Source: Chiloscyllium plagiosum
Lineage: Eukaryota
Assembly: GCF_004010195.1 (NCBI RefSeq)
Contig: NC_057718.1
Span: forward strand, 38,901,263 to 38,965,262
Reading direction: 5' to 3'
Length of the DNA: 64,000 nucleotides
In this document: in pieces, positions 62,380-64,000 of the stretch
How positions within the stretch are numbered: the first letter of the stretch is position 1
Layout of the letters: every line of letters begins with the position of its first letter
The notes under the pieces: generated by a model
Database searches by the model: none
Told to the model about the DNA's origin: nothing
What the model saw: the letters and a program-made list of their open reading frames with translations, nothing else
Position numbers and translations under genes: made by a program

Positions 62380-63690
62380 GACGTGCAATAAACAGATCCC
62401 AAATTAAGTGTAATGTGAATAGCCAACTCAGGAATTAATTCAGAGTCAATACCTGAGTGTGATTACTTGAACTAAGTAGGAAGTGAAACAAAAATATCAG
62501 AATAATTGAAATTAACTATAAGAGTAAGGATGTTTCGTGTCAATCATACAGGGCATTGGTGACACCACATCTCAAATGCACTGTGCAGTTTTTGTTTCCC
62601 TATTTAAGAAAGGACGTAAATGCATTTTAGATGGTTTGGAGGAGATTGATACCTAGAATGAGGAGGTTGTCTTATGAAGATAGGCTGGGCTTGGTTTAAT
62701 TTCATTGAGTGTATAAGATCCTAAATAGTTTTGACAAGATGGACATGGAAAGGATGATTCGTCTTAGTTGAGTCATGATCTAGAGTGCACTACTTTAAAG
62801 TTAGTAGTGGTTCTTTTAGGACAGACAAGAGAAGGAATTGTTCCCCCTGAGGCTTGTGTAATTTTCGAACACTTTGCCTTAGAAAGTGATGGAGGCTGGG
62901 TCACTGAATATTTTCAAGACAGTTCTGGATAAATTCTTGTTAATCAGGTGTTTTGGACTAGGCCAGACCTCAAAACAATTTTAAACAGGTAGCCAAGACT
63001 GTAATTTTGCTATTTGTTTAGCTAGATGTATAGTGGATATTCCCATTGTAAATTAGCTGGGTCGACGGCCAAGTTTTAAAAAACAAAATTTATTTATAAA
63101 ATTCCAGAATGAAACACAAAGAGCAGAAAATTAGAATACCCGATAACTTATCCTGTCCAAACCCGACTTAATGATGTTGTTCCAAAAACACACACATCCC
63201 TTAGCACAAACAGTAAAAAATGGCACAGGCTTACAGTTTGCAAGGAGAGAGAGTAGTCCAGCAGCATGTTTCACACAACCCCTGCCGTAACTAAACTGAA
63301 GTTCTGAACTGAACTAAAGAGCTGGCCACACCCCCTTTACTATATTGTTTCGTTAAGACATGAAAGGCTTAGGCTTGAGGTATCATCTGTTTAGGGGGTA
63401 AACAAAAAGAGCCCAAATAAACCATTCATCTCTGCACCAACTCAGCCATTTTGGAGCTTAGGCTGTTTTACAGTCCCACTGGAAAAAAAACCAAGGATGC
63501 AGTACCTTTGAGAAAAAGGAACAGCTTTGAGAAAAGGATCAGCTTTGTGTCACGGGGGATCCAAAGCCTATTGGGATAGATGGGATTGTGGAATTCAAAC
63601 CAAAAAAAATCAATCATGATCTTTTTGAATGGTAGAGCAGGCTTAAGGGACCAAATGGTCGATTTCTAGTTCTATTTAGTATGCTCACAT
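62380..63690 (+). mobile_element. Older CR1 3' fragment interrupted by a solo LTR-like insertion
   Basis: CR1 3' motifs run to ttcttgttaatcagg (62948) and resume at 63553 to ...gaatggtagagcaggcttaagggaccaaatgg. Confidence 0.7.
62949..63552. mobile_element. Solo LTR-like insertion (604 bp, TG...CA)
   Basis: Cleanly interrupts CR1 sequence. Ends tgttttgg...gtgtca; flanks cagg/cggg resemble a 4-bp TSD. Confidence 0.65.
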
Positions 63691-64000
63691 GTTCCAGCAA
63701 TTAACCAATCAAATCACTGAGGCATATTGTATTCAGCCCACCTGGGAAGAACATTTACAGCAATTTACTAGATAGTTTCATCATTTTAAACATGCATAGA
63801 AATTAAAAGGAAAATTTAAGGCAGGGTTTAGGAAACCACTGGAAAGAAAAGGTTATTTCTGAAAAGGTGTGTCCCTGGAAAGAAAGGATTAAGGAAAGTG
63901 ATGAGAAGGCAATTGGATTGTTTTATTCGGCTTATACATTCTTAATGTTCTTTTTAGGTTACATATTTCACACATTCTGCTTAAAGTTGGATTATACATA

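Noticed and set aside
63958..64000. Possible next HHAT exon after an acceptor-like tctttttag (reads RLHISHILLKVGLYI)
   Set aside because: The expected exon should read like (R)xFDVGLHxFLxR. Only VGL matches and the conserved FD is absent, so the true exon is probably outside the window.

Overview
Eukaryotic genomic DNA, not prokaryotic. The SINE, CR1 and Penelope families point to a cartilaginous fish, probably a shark (inference). It is a draft assembly with four N-gaps. The only host gene I can support is HHAT (hedgehog acyltransferase, MBOAT family) on the + strand. It has a CpG-rich 5' end at ~6.1-6.4 kb and seven coding exons: 6386-6488, 23252-23319, 24465-24578, 26986-27180, 38042-38257, 43595-43766 and 53537-53687. 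These splice GT-AG in consistent phase into a 1019-nt open frame, and the catalytic 3' exons appear to lie beyond the window. The rest is mostly transposon-derived: CR1 LINE fragments, V-SINE and Deu-type SINEs, several Gypsy LTR remnants, DNA-transposon MITEs and many Penelope-like elements carrying hammerhead-ribozyme cores. Five observations stand out. (1) A young Tx1/L1-like LINE sits just behind the TATA box of a solo LTR, and its tandem ~216-bp 3' repeats carry a 16-nt copy of the insertion-site junction. (2) Hammerhead cores with covarying stem II occur in inverted-repeat Penelope termini inside HHAT introns. (3) An 81-bp internal CR1 fragment is bracketed by a perfect 45-bp duplication. 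(4) A degenerate ~60-bp repeat/spacer-like array lies in a Gypsy leader. (5) A deeply nested transposon stack occupies 39.5-43.4 kb. Repeat family names come from recalled sequence motifs, not database searches, and boundaries of old repeats are approximate.
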